The notes under the pieces were generated by a model. The model did no database searches. It was not told the DNA's origin and saw nothing but the letters and a program-made list of their open reading frames with translations. A program made the position numbers and the translations under genes. From positions 1-64,000 of IMG/VR virus record IMGVR_UViG_3300028549_001461: a stretch of 64,000 bases of DNA; one strand, 5' to 3'. This DNA comes from a virus. This document shows positions 36,908 through 46,793 of this stretch, in pieces. Each line of letters starts with the position of its first letter. Position 1 is the stretch's first letter.

Positions 36908-37506
36908 TGTCTATTAAAAGTGTTCCTATAAGAGCTACAGTAACTTTTGGGGGTTTAACAGTATCTACACCTTATGTGCTTTCTTTCAATGTTACGAAAA
37001 CAAGAAATAGTAAATCTACTTTTTCAGCATCTTTGAAAGTAAAAGCTGAAGATTTATCTTCTTTAACTGATAATACAGTTACTATTTCAGCAGGCGAAAA
37101 GGGGAGTTTAATAAAAATATTTACAGGTTTTATACTTTCTTCCAGACCAAGTATTTGCTTTGATGATCCTAATTATACTGTTTTAAATATATCTGGAAGT
37201 GACATCCTTTTTAGGCTTGAAGGTGAAAAGTATACACGAAGACAAATGGACTCAAGATCAAGGTGGGCTATAATAGATAGTGTTATTAGACAAGCAGAAA
37301 AGGGTAGTCAATTTGCTTTAGTAAATGCCAATGTGCAGTTTAATGATGATGATATAACAGGTAATACTGAGAAGAAAAATAAAAGTAATGTTAACCCTGA
37401 TCTAACTTCTTTTGGTGTAAGTAATTTAGCTAGTGGTTTAATGTCTTTAAATTTTCAGTTTAGTGCTGTTACTAATGTACCAGAAACTACAAAACCTAGT
37501 AATTAA
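36907..37506 (+). CDS. Putative baseplate-hub-like beta-barrel protein
   Basis: 199 aa; VLSFNVTKTR...TFSASL...VTISAG...KIFTGFI...LNISGSD pattern typical of hub N-terminal domains. Confidence 0.5.
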   Translation: MSIKSVPIRATVTFGGLTVSTPYVLSFNVTKTRNSKSTFSASLKVKAEDLSSLTDNTVTISAGEKGSLIKIFTGFILSSRPSICFDDPNYTVLNISGSDILFRLEGEKYTRRQMDSRSRWAIIDSVIRQAEKGSQFALVNANVQFNDDDITGNTEKKNKSNVNPDLTSFGVSNLASGLMSLNFQFSAVTNVPETTKPSN

Positions 37507-37523
37507 CCAGGGAGTAATAACTA

Positions 37524-37916
37524 ATGTTTTATAATGCAGCTACATTATCTATGCCTTCTGGAACATATATTGATATAAGTGTACCAGTTTTTCCTAAAGA
37601 AGGTCAAGGGGCTTTTCCTAAAAAAGCCACTGAGTTAGTTTCTATACATGGTGTTAAAACACCTCATATACTGGGTTTTGTTTCTGAAGATATTTCTGTT
37701 GGTACAATTACTGAATCACCCGATGCTGTAGGTTTAAAAGTACGTTATACTCATCTTGTAAGTAAGGAAAACCGTATTTACTTTTTTTCAGCAAATAATG
37801 ATGTTTATATAATATCTCTTATTTCTATACCGATACATACACATGAGTCAATTGAACAAGGTGGTCCAGCATATGGTACATATATGGCCGATATACCAAA
37901 AAAAGCTACTTCATAG
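37524..37916 (+). CDS. Hypothetical tail-tip region protein
   Basis: 130 aa, GGGGAG SD; has an HTHE motif near the C-terminus. Confidence 0.6.
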   Translation: MFYNAATLSMPSGTYIDISVPVFPKEGQGAFPKKATELVSIHGVKTPHILGFVSEDISVGTITESPDAVGLKVRYTHLVSKENRIYFFSANNDVYIISLISIPIHTHESIEQGGPAYGTYMADIPKKATS

Positions 37917-37935
37917 TATATAAAGGATAATAGCC

Positions 37936-38559
37936 ATGGCAAAAACTACTTGTTGTAATTTAGTTGGTGACTTTGATATAACAGCCCCTGGTATACTTTC
38001 GATTACCTCACAAGGTTCCACACAAATGAATCTTATTTCGGCGAATAACGTAAATGCTTATACCATATCCGCTAGTACAGGGACAGTATCATTAACAGCT
38101 TATGCCTCTGCACTTAGATATAAAGGTTGTCCAGGGAGAGCTGGGGTAAGTATACCATGGATTGTAAAAAGTAATTGCGCAAAGAATATATATCTTTTTG
38201 GTGGTTACGGACGTTCTTATATATCAGGAGAAGTTGGGGATTACGCTAAATTTCCTTCTATAGCTGGTGTACCTAATCCTATAAGTGAGTATGATGTAGT
38301 AAGCGCTACAGCTGGTTCTGGCCCATCAGCTTTGTATGAAGACTCTACTCAAAAGGATGGTTATGGTTTGATATATAAAGGTAACCCTTGGGATATAGAT
38401 ACGTCTTCAGAGTCAGGTTGTTTAATTAATCTAACCTCCTATGGTATAGGAGGATATGGTTTGTGCATGCTTCAAAATATAAATATACAGTGTGTACCTG
38501 GACAGATTCCAATAGTCAATATGAGTTTTATATATTCCATAGATCCGGAGGATAAGTAA
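37936..38559 (+). CDS. Hypothetical tail-tip region protein
   Basis: 207 aa, G/S/Y-rich beta protein, AAGGA SD. Confidence 0.65.
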   Translation: MAKTTCCNLVGDFDITAPGILSITSQGSTQMNLISANNVNAYTISASTGTVSLTAYASALRYKGCPGRAGVSIPWIVKSNCAKNIYLFGGYGRSYISGEVGDYAKFPSIAGVPNPISEYDVVSATAGSGPSALYEDSTQKDGYGLIYKGNPWDIDTSSESGCLINLTSYGIGGYGLCMLQNINIQCVPGQIPIVNMSFIYSIDPEDK

Positions 38560-38835
38560 ATGGTTGATGTAGTAATTACAGGAACTACTTATAAATTACG
38601 TGCTGGATCTCCTATGCCAGTAGGTGGTTCTGCTTTTATTTTGCAAACTTTTATGGGTGAGGAATCTAAGGTAACAACTTATTTGTATACAGAATCTTTA
38701 CCTGGAAGCGAAGAATTTAGAGGACAAGGTGGTGATCTAGTTTCTGGTTCTTTTACTCGTATGTTAGATGTTAGTGGAGATGTATTTTCTGGCAATACTG
38801 TAAATGACCCGACATTTGTTGAAGAGCGCACCTAA
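38560..38835 (+). CDS. Small hypothetical protein
   Basis: 91 aa, GGAGG SD, abuts both neighbours. Confidence 0.65.
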   Translation: MVDVVITGTTYKLRAGSPMPVGGSAFILQTFMGEESKVTTYLYTESLPGSEEFRGQGGDLVSGSFTRMLDVSGDVFSGNTVNDPTFVEERT

Positions 38836-39086
38836 TGGCAACAACTACAGACCTGACTTGTGGTTTTATAGAATGTACTTCTCTTTCTGTTAGTTATGAT
38901 ATAATGGGTAGAGTTAGCGTATCCTATGTAGTAGTCCATAAAACTGCTGATTTTTGTTATACAAACACGATTGAAGCAGGCGGGCAAACATTTAAAGGAG
39001 AGGTAATGTCACTCTCTTTGAATCAAATAGTAGGTACAGTAGGTTGGTATGAAACACATGTAGTTTTAATTGCTACTACAAATTAA
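38835..39086 (+). CDS. Small beta-barrel-like tail protein
   Basis: 83 aa, TAATG overlap, alternating strand pattern. Confidence 0.6.
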   Translation: MATTTDLTCGFIECTSLSVSYDIMGRVSVSYVVVHKTADFCYTNTIEAGGQTFKGEVMSLSLNQIVGTVGWYETHVVLIATTN

Positions 39087-39097
39087 AGGAGTTTATT

Positions 39098-39304
39098 ATG
39101 GGTTGTGGTAGTTGCTCTAAGAGAAGTAAATATGCTAATAGGGTTTCTGATGTTAGCAAAGAACTTTTCGGCGATTATAAATATCTATCTAATGCTCAAA
39201 TAGAGGCTAGATTAGCTTCTTACAAAAGACATAATTGTACACAATGTGATAAAAGATATGAGTGTAACTACACTTCTTTTTTAATATGCAAACAAGGGGA
39301 ATAA
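39098..39304 (+). CDS. Small Cys-rich protein
   Basis: 68 aa; MGCGSC...CTQC...C...C; AAGGAG SD. Confidence 0.7.
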   Translation: MGCGSCSKRSKYANRVSDVSKELFGDYKYLSNAQIEARLASYKRHNCTQCDKRYECNYTSFLICKQGE

Positions 39305-39309
39305 AATAA

Positions 39310-39969
39310 ATGGGTATTATAATAGGAGCAGTAACTACAGTTAACTTTTCAGGGGGACACGCCACACAAGTTTCTTGGAGTGTAAATTCTAATGTACAAA
39401 GGGCTTATGTTTTGGGTAGTTGGGAACCTTATTCCCTTGCAAGTATAAAAAGCCCTTCAGAAACTTTAAATGTTACAGTATACTCACCTGGACCTACCTA
39501 TCCTACGTCACCTACAACTACTTGTACTTATGCTAATACTATATTAGCTTCAGTAGCTCCAGCAGGTTGTGGAGCAGGTTCTGAAGGCCCAAGTTCTATA
39601 GATTGGTATGTTACTAGCTATAACTACTCTAAAGGTGACGCCCGTTCTCCTGGCACGGAATCTTGGTCTATGATGAATTACGTAACATTAGGTGATAGTG
39701 CGGTAATGCTACCTACTTATGTTTTACGTGGTATATCCGAAGGTTCTGTTACTAGTTCAGACACTTTAGGACCTGCTCAATCTAAGACCGGAATTAATTT
39801 TGCTGGAACGGTTGACTCCGGTACTTCTGGTTCTGTTTCAGCTGGTCAAATTGGTAGGTCTGATTTTCAATACACAGGTGTTATCGATTCTGTAGGGGGT
39901 TCAACGGGTGGTTCTGGGGATGTAGGCAATGCTTCTTGCTCTATGCCATATACTCCTCTTTATATTTAA
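39310..39969 (+). CDS. Putative tube-fold-like minor tail protein
   Basis: 219 aa; QVSWSVNSNVQRAYVLG...LNVTVY...YVTSYNYS...ESWSM resembles the tail tube strand pattern. Confidence 0.45.
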   Translation: MGIIIGAVTTVNFSGGHATQVSWSVNSNVQRAYVLGSWEPYSLASIKSPSETLNVTVYSPGPTYPTSPTTTCTYANTILASVAPAGCGAGSEGPSSIDWYVTSYNYSKGDARSPGTESWSMMNYVTLGDSAVMLPTYVLRGISEGSVTSSDTLGPAQSKTGINFAGTVDSGTSGSVSAGQIGRSDFQYTGVIDSVGGSTGGSGDVGNASCSMPYTPLYI

Positions 39970-39985
39970 CTATGGTATTTAAACT

Positions 39986-40414
39986 ATGCGCGATTTATTT
40001 TTATTAGGTGAAAAATATAGATTAGAGTTGTTATGGGATTCTGTGTCTTATTCTGATAATGTGTGCACTTTTTTAGGTGCTTATTTTTCAGGACCAGTTT
40101 TACAATTAGCTGAGAAAATAGAAAGTAACACTTTTATAATGTTAGATTTTTTTAGACAATACTTTGTATTAGTGGATAACGTATATATTGGTAAATTATC
40201 TTGGGGAGAAGTAACGTATAAAGAAGGTAAGATTCTTCTTAATGACTGTAAACTAACACATAAGTCAGAATTACATAAAGTTCCCAAGTTAAAAGATAAT
40301 GACATTCTTATAATTGATTGTAAGAATCATGATAGAGAAACACATGCCTTTTATACTACATATAAAACTTATGTGTCTAATGAAAATCTACATTTATATA
40401 ATTTTTTAAATTAA
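39986..40414 (+). CDS. Hypothetical protein
   Basis: 142-aa ORF within the operon. Confidence 0.65.
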   Translation: MRDLFLLGEKYRLELLWDSVSYSDNVCTFLGAYFSGPVLQLAEKIESNTFIMLDFFRQYFVLVDNVYIGKLSWGEVTYKEGKILLNDCKLTHKSELHKVPKLKDNDILIIDCKNHDRETHAFYTTYKTYVSNENLHLYNFLN

Positions 40415-40415
40415 T

Positions 40416-40700
40416 ATGGTTGACTATACTTGTGGTAATTTTCCAGAATATTTAGTAAATAATCATGTCGGCAAGTGTTATGCGCCTTGCCCGTTTGATA
40501 CAGAAGCTTCAGATATGAGAACAAGACATTTATTAAATATTCCATTTTCTGGTACTTTACCTTTAAAAACACCTCATATTGGGGATGATAACAAACATTA
40601 TTATATGAAAATAACTCATAGTGGTGATTGGGGATATGTATGTACGTACAGTGGCTGTTCTTATTTACTAGATTATGGCATACCATATTTTTGTAGGTAA
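40416..40700 (+). CDS. Small Cys/His/Tyr-rich protein
   Basis: 94 aa with 6 Cys; starts 1 nt after the previous stop. Confidence 0.6.
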   Translation: MVDYTCGNFPEYLVNNHVGKCYAPCPFDTEASDMRTRHLLNIPFSGTLPLKTPHIGDDNKHYYMKITHSGDWGYVCTYSGCSYLLDYGIPYFCR

Positions 40701-40764
40701 TTACTTTCAACAAAATAAATTTTTTATTTTACTAATTATTATATTTTAAAAGGAGAACATATAT

Positions 40765-41736
40765 ATGTCAATTTCACTTGATGTGCAAAACCTTGAATTG
40801 TATCCTGGTGTAACAAAGAAAGTTACTTTGGACACAACTGTATTAGTGCCTACAGGTATGGAAGGTGATGAAAAATACATGATAACAGCCTCTACTACGG
40901 CTTATTCTGATTCTGTTGCTAGAACTAGTATACAAAGTCTTTATATTGCCAGTGGTAAAATAGGATGGACAAAAAGTTCAGGTTTTAAAGGAACAAATGG
41001 TAAGTTTGCGTTGGATTCTACTCACTGTGTTTTTGGTGTTAAATTGGACGCTACTGTTAGTGGTACTACTGGTAATACTTATTATGATATTACATTAGAA
41101 CACGAGAATGGTATATTAAGACGTGGTGAAGATATAGCACTGGATATGCAGAAAAAACTTCAAGCTTTAACTATGAATACTGCAGATACTGGTTTTAGAT
41201 TGGCCTATAAAAATTGTTCTGTTAAATTTACAGATAATAAGTTTTTTATATCTTCTGGTAGTATAGGTAACTATTTTACAGGTTCTATGCGTTCTTCAGC
41301 TAGAGTTGGTGGATCTCCAGCTAATGACTGCTCTGCTCTTTTAGGCTTTGATCAACAAGTAACCACTGAAGACTTATCAAGCATTACAGTTTTAGAAGCG
41401 CCTTTATTAAACAACTATACGGCTGATACCGCTTCTTTGGTTATTAATATGAATACTGGTATAAACATTGGTGATGCTCTTTGTATAACTGCTGGTCCCA
41501 GTAAAAAGGATTATTTTACAGTTTTAGATGTAGCTACCAATACATTAACAGTACCGACTTCAGGAACTAATGGTTTCGTGGGTATAAAAAACTCATATAC
41601 AACTACTGAAGGTGCATATATACAAGTTTTACAGAAGGGTGACCCAGATAATACACCAGATAGTTATCATAAAGATACTGATGAATTACTTAGGTATATG
41701 GCTAAAATAATGATTAATCAAATAGACTTTTCATAA
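40765..41736 (+). CDS. Putative virion structural protein
   Basis: 323 aa, AAGGAG SD; shares a module with the 50082 and 57860 proteins. Confidence 0.6.
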   Translation: MSISLDVQNLELYPGVTKKVTLDTTVLVPTGMEGDEKYMITASTTAYSDSVARTSIQSLYIASGKIGWTKSSGFKGTNGKFALDSTHCVFGVKLDATVSGTTGNTYYDITLEHENGILRRGEDIALDMQKKLQALTMNTADTGFRLAYKNCSVKFTDNKFFISSGSIGNYFTGSMRSSARVGGSPANDCSALLGFDQQVTTEDLSSITVLEAPLLNNYTADTASLVINMNTGINIGDALCITAGPSKKDYFTVLDVATNTLTVPTSGTNGFVGIKNSYTTTEGAYIQVLQKGDPDNTPDSYHKDTDELLRYMAKIMINQIDFS

Positions 41737-42233
41737 TGGCTGAAATATTTGTTAAACATACCTTAAATCCTAGAAAGGCTATTAAGGTCAACTTAAATCT
41801 ACGTAAGTATGTTTTAACAGATACAGATGGAGAAGCTGTTTGGTTGTTAGAGGCAGGAACTACGGAGCCAGATAAAAATGGTTTTGACATACCTCCTAAA
41901 TTTGTACATAAAATTTTAGAAGCAAATATTGAAGATGAAATTAATAAGATAATTGCTGATATTTGTGACGTAATAGATTGGGGCGAAGTAGACATAGATA
42001 GATTCGCCCCAATTATTACAGATTGTTTACCTTCAGGTGATAATGCATTAATTACATCGAAAGTTACTTTTACTATTTCAGAAGATTTTCCTGCATCTGG
42101 TGTAGACTTATCAGACATGGTAGTTTTGTTAAATAATGGTGATGTTGACTTTGACATCACTTCAGAAGTACTTATTCAAGGGGACCCATATAAATACTTT
42201 ATTTATTGGGAACCTACAATTTTTTATGGGTAA
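41736..42233 (+). CDS. Acidic protein with an Ig-like C-terminus
   Basis: 165 aa; APIITDCLP...VTFTISE...SGVDLS pattern also seen in the C-terminal part of 46794-49406. Confidence 0.55.
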   Translation: MAEIFVKHTLNPRKAIKVNLNLRKYVLTDTDGEAVWLLEAGTTEPDKNGFDIPPKFVHKILEANIEDEINKIIADICDVIDWGEVDIDRFAPIITDCLPSGDNALITSKVTFTISEDFPASGVDLSDMVVLLNNGDVDFDITSEVLIQGDPYKYFIYWEPTIFYG

Positions 42234-42238
42234 TACAC

Positions 42239-44086
42239 ATGGCGATAAATATAAGTTTACGTAAATCTAATTTTACAGTTGATGATGGCTACTTCTTTAC
42301 TTTTGACGAAGAACAGGATGCTTTGCTACAAAAAACAGATGATGGCAACACAGCTTTTTCTTATCCATGTGATACCCTATTAACTAATACTGTTAAATCT
42401 TTAGAATACGACGGGGTTAATTACTGGTCTTTAGAAACATCTGGTGTTAATTTACTTGTAAAGCGCTGGAGAATATCAAATTACTTAATAAAACTTCAGG
42501 AAACTTTTACAATAGCCTCTTCAGGGGCAGATACGTATAGTGCTGATTGTTTTACTGTGGAGCACTATCACACTAATTTAACTTCTTCTGTAGATCCAGG
42601 AGAAACTATTTTATATATTGATGATTATTCCAATAAGCCCGAAATTATAGCTGGTGTTACTTTACATATAGGTCCTAACATTAATGGTGAAGAAGAAGAC
42701 ATACCTATCTTAGAAACTATTTTTGGAGGAGTAATTTTAAGTAGTCCTGTAAGCTATAGTTATAGCGCAGGTGTGCATATAAATTTTCATAAATATATTT
42801 GGCTTTTTAATAATAATGATGGCACGGATACCACCACTGGTGCTTTGTATAAATTTAATTCTCATACTGGGGCGTTTATTAAAAAATTCTCAGGCGGTGC
42901 TTATAAAGCCATAACAGCATGTACCTATTATAAAATACAAGCTTTTGAAGATATAGGGCCCACAGATATGCTCTTATTTGCTAAAGGCACAAATACTTTA
43001 TTTGTAAATACTTCTGATTATAAACGTACTATTTTTGATGCGGATACAATGAATGATTCGTTTTCTTCTTTAGACGTAAGTAAATGGACCACAATTTCTG
43101 GTTCTCCAAGTATATCAAGTAGTAAGTTATATCTCGACCCAGGTGCTTTAACAGGTCATGAAGCTATACAATCTACTTATTATTTACCTGCAGATTTTGA
43201 TGTTTATATATCTGGAAATTTACTAAGTTATGAAAATTCTTATACTGGTTCAGCCTTTATGGAGAATTACATAAAAATTGTTTTTCATAATGAACAAGAT
43301 AGATTTTGTAAGATAGCTCGTGGTTATAGTTGTGAATTTGGTGGTGGGTTGCATCAAAATTTTTCAGTAAGTTACAGGAAAGGTACAGATGTAGTTTTTT
43401 CTACAGTTTCAGGTACTGAAGATGATATTCTTACAAATATAGATATCTATGGTTTACGTATAAAAAGAGTAGCAGAAGATATACATTTTTATTATAGAAC
43501 CACTACAGATGCAGCTTTCACAGCTTGGAGATATTTAGGTGTAATACAAATGTTTTCTTCAGATGCTACTTTAGTAGTTGGTTCTTATAATACTACAGAT
43601 ACTTCCATTATAAATACTTTTGACGACCTTATATTCGACTCTGGAACAATAGTTAAGATAACTTCTGCAGTTGAGTTGCCTTACTTTGGTTCAATGGTTA
43701 TGGACAACATATCATCAAATGTTCCTATAGCTTTACAAGATATGGCTGTTGATAGGGATAATTTATATCGTTTGCAGGGAAGTAGTACGTTTGATTACTT
43801 CTTATCTCCTTTAGAGTCTTTTGTTACTTCTATATCATTATCTGCATCTCCTGCTATTATAGCTGCTAATGGTTTGAGCACCACAGATATAAATGCTTGG
43901 GTTAAAGATCAATTTTTACAACCAGTAAAAAACAGAAGGGTTACTTTTTCAGAAGCTGGTGATGGTGCTATTACTGGTGGTGTAGAGCTTAATACAGATA
44001 GTAATGGTTTTGTTCAAACTGTTTATAGGGCGGGTGTCCTGGGTCAAGATGTACTCATTACTGCCACAGTACAGCAAACTAATTAA
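42239..44086 (+). CDS. Tail appendage protein, paralog 1 (C-terminal Big-1-like Ig domain)
   Basis: ATG at 42239 aligns with the paralog N-termini; VKDQFLQPVKNRRVTFS...TDSNG is an invasin-type Ig pattern. Confidence 0.6.
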   Translation: MAINISLRKSNFTVDDGYFFTFDEEQDALLQKTDDGNTAFSYPCDTLLTNTVKSLEYDGVNYWSLETSGVNLLVKRWRISNYLIKLQETFTIASSGADTYSADCFTVEHYHTNLTSSVDPGETILYIDDYSNKPEIIAGVTLHIGPNINGEEEDIPILETIFGGVILSSPVSYSYSAGVHINFHKYIWLFNNNDGTDTTTGALYKFNSHTGAFIKKFSGGAYKAITACTYYKIQAFEDIGPTDMLLFAKGTNTLFVNTSDYKRTIFDADTMNDSFSSLDVSKWTTISGSPSISSSKLYLDPGALTGHEAIQSTYYLPADFDVYISGNLLSYENSYTGSAFMENYIKIVFHNEQDRFCKIARGYSCEFGGGLHQNFSVSYRKGTDVVFSTVSGTEDDILTNIDIYGLRIKRVAEDIHFYYRTTTDAAFTAWRYLGVIQMFSSDATLVVGSYNTTDTSIINTFDDLIFDSGTIVKITSAVELPYFGSMVMDNISSNVPIALQDMAVDRDNLYRLQGSSTFDYFLSPLESFVTSISLSASPAIIAANGLSTTDINAWVKDQFLQPVKNRRVTFSEAGDGAITGGVELNTDSNGFVQTVYRAGVLGQDVLITATVQQTN

Positions 44087-44094
44087 GGGGTTGT

Positions 44095-46791
44095 ATGTCT
44101 TACGAGAATATAAAATTTCATCAACCACATATGGTTGTGCAAGATGGTTATTTTTATCTTCTCGACTACACCCAAAGATTGATGTCACAGAAAACATCCA
44201 ATGGAGAAACTAGTTTTCAGTATCCTGTAGATATACCAAGTAGTTTTGGTAATAATTATGTAGTAGATCCAGTTACATGTCTTCAATATGATGGTTATAA
44301 TTTTTGGTCACTTCAAAAGATAACAGATGGTACAGGTTTAGTAATACGTTGTTGGACTATAACAAACTTTATATGTTTATTAACAAAACAATTTAATTAT
44401 ATCAATGACTCTTCACTAAAATATTCTGCTGATACATTTTCTGTTGAGTGCTATTCTACAAAATTATCTAATGATTATGGAGATGGCACTAGTATAATTA
44501 ATATAGATGAATTTTCTTCTTTTGCAATAACTTTTGGTACATTACTTGGTATAGGACCTAATAAGTTTGGTAACAGAGAAGTGGTTTTAGTTAGCGATAC
44601 AGATAATTTAGATATTATTTTAAATACTGGTTTAATACATACTTATCTATCAGGAGATCCTGTTGTTATAGTATCTGGTATATTTATATTTAATAAATAT
44701 ATATCAGGTACAGATGACTCAGTAGGAACATTACTTGTAATTGATCCAAATTCAGGTGAAATACTGAATAGGCAAGATTCTGTAGATTATCAGAATATTA
44801 AAGCCTCATCTTTTAAACGTTTAAAGAACATACTTAATGACTACGAAGATATACATACTTTAACTTTTGTATCTAACACTTCTTTAAAATTACAAGATAC
44901 CAGTAAATTAAAACGTTTTAAAGCGTCTATTATAGGAAATGACTCTTTTAATGATCCTTTTCTTGACTTATATAATAATGATCGTTGGATTGTTGATTTA
45001 GGTAATCCTAGTTTAATAAATGATTGTTTATATTTTAGCGCGGCTGGTTCAGAGCACGATAAACTTACTACCAGTTATTATTTGATAGATGATTATGAAG
45101 TACAAATTTCAGGTACTATATTTGGTTTGAACACTTACCCAGGACCAGAAATACCTTATTGCAATCATTATATAAAACCCAACTTTGAATCTGAATCTGC
45201 AGAAATTTATTTCGGTTTTAAATATAGTACTACTTATTATAAACCAGTCAGTGATGCGGATTTACTACTATATTTAAAATTTGATAATTCGATTTTAGAT
45301 TATTCTGGTGATGACGTTAATATCACAGTATATGGGACACCTCAGTTTACTAGTGGTTTCGATGAAACTGCTTCTTCTGCTATTATTTTAAATTCATATA
45401 ATTTTCTGGTTATTCCAAGAGAGTATACACAGTTTAAATTAATGTCGGAAGATCCTTTTACTGTCAATGAATTTTCAATTGTATTTTGGATTAAGGTACC
45501 AAGTGCTCCATATTTTGCTACCCACAATATTTTTAGGCCTGGTGTTGATCTTGATACTTGGGAAAGTAATCATTCTGAAGGACCATTTGTAACTTTTTAT
45601 GGAGGCAGCACTATAATTGATAGATTTATACAATGCCGCTTTCTTGGTGTGACAATTCATCCGGGAGAAGATGAACTTTCGGTTATGGATGATATTTATA
45701 TTACAGACCCAGTTACTGTTGATGTAGAACCAATTCCAGTTGATACTTGGGTATTTATTGCTTTTACAGCAGATGACAATCATTTAATAGGTTATATTAA
45801 TGGCGACTTTTGTCAGGCACAACAGATTGTTATTCGTCCAGATTCCAGAGATCACGACATCTGTATAGGCCCAGCAAATTTAAACTTTGAAATAACAGAT
45901 GATTACCACCACGACCCTATAGGAGATATAGATTTACATATAGACGAGTTTAGAGTATACAAAAGGAAACTTACGGCTTCTGATATAAGAGCAATATATG
46001 AAAAAGAAAAAGATGTACATTCTGAAATTAAAGACACTCCTATTATATGCTTGGAAAAAGATGGTTTTATAGAAAGTTACTATCCTTTGGCTTCGGGTAT
46101 AGATAACTTATCTTATAAGTTTAAGTTAAAAAAATTAGATAATAATTTAAATTTCGAATATAAAATTTGTTCCTTCGGTGAAGATCTTGCTGATTGGTCC
46201 TTAATGTATACCTTTAATGATTCATCACATAATACACTTTCTTTGGGGTTACACACACATTTAACTGTGGTTTCTGGTGCATACTTTGATGACTTTACTT
46301 TTACAAGTGGTTACGCGCAATATACTCCAAATTTAAATAATTATTATGGTACAATGAATTTAGAAAATATAAAAAAAAATCAATCAACAATAATACCAGT
46401 GTATGCTATAGATATTTATGAGGATAATTTATATAGACTTCAATTAGCAGCAACGTACTATGGTTCTGATATAACCTGGTCTACTTACAATTATCAAATA
46501 TCTCCTATAAGATCTTTTGTTGATTTTATAACTGTGGATTCTTCTACTGGTATACTACCAGCAACAGGGAGAAACACAGCAGTCATTAGATCAGTCACTT
46601 TAGACCAGTATGGCCAAGGTGTTATAAACAGACCAGTGTCTTTTAGTGACGATGATCCAATTGGTTTTATTACGTCTAAAACTGTATATACTGATATTTT
46701 TTATAACACAGGTAGTGCCAATACCGGATACACTTCAGGTACAGCACTTAGAGTTGTTAAAATAGACGCTTCTGTTACTCAACTGGACTAA
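44095..46791 (+). CDS. Tail appendage protein, paralog 2 (LamG/ConA insert plus Big-1-like domain)
   Basis: 898 aa; LLLYLKFD...FSIVFWIK...WVFIAFT...YING...IDEFRVYKRKLTASDIRAIY. Confidence 0.65.
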   Translation: MSYENIKFHQPHMVVQDGYFYLLDYTQRLMSQKTSNGETSFQYPVDIPSSFGNNYVVDPVTCLQYDGYNFWSLQKITDGTGLVIRCWTITNFICLLTKQFNYINDSSLKYSADTFSVECYSTKLSNDYGDGTSIINIDEFSSFAITFGTLLGIGPNKFGNREVVLVSDTDNLDIILNTGLIHTYLSGDPVVIVSGIFIFNKYISGTDDSVGTLLVIDPNSGEILNRQDSVDYQNIKASSFKRLKNILNDYEDIHTLTFVSNTSLKLQDTSKLKRFKASIIGNDSFNDPFLDLYNNDRWIVDLGNPSLINDCLYFSAAGSEHDKLTTSYYLIDDYEVQISGTIFGLNTYPGPEIPYCNHYIKPNFESESAEIYFGFKYSTTYYKPVSDADLLLYLKFDNSILDYSGDDVNITVYGTPQFTSGFDETASSAIILNSYNFLVIPREYTQFKLMSEDPFTVNEFSIVFWIKVPSAPYFATHNIFRPGVDLDTWESNHSEGPFVTFYGGSTIIDRFIQCRFLGVTIHPGEDELSVMDDIYITDPVTVDVEPIPVDTWVFIAFTADDNHLIGYINGDFCQAQQIVIRPDSRDHDICIGPANLNFEITDDYHHDPIGDIDLHIDEFRVYKRKLTASDIRAIYEKEKDVHSEIKDTPIICLEKDGFIESYYPLASGIDNLSYKFKLKKLDNNLNFEYKICSFGEDLADWSLMYTFNDSSHNTLSLGLHTHLTVVSGAYFDDFTFTSGYAQYTPNLNNYYGTMNLENIKKNQSTIIPVYAIDIYEDNLYRLQLAATYYGSDITWSTYNYQISPIRSFVDFITVDSSTGILPATGRNTAVIRSVTLDQYGQGVINRPVSFSDDDPIGFITSKTVYTDIFYNTGSANTGYTSGTALRVVKIDASVTQLD

Positions 46792-46793
46792 TT

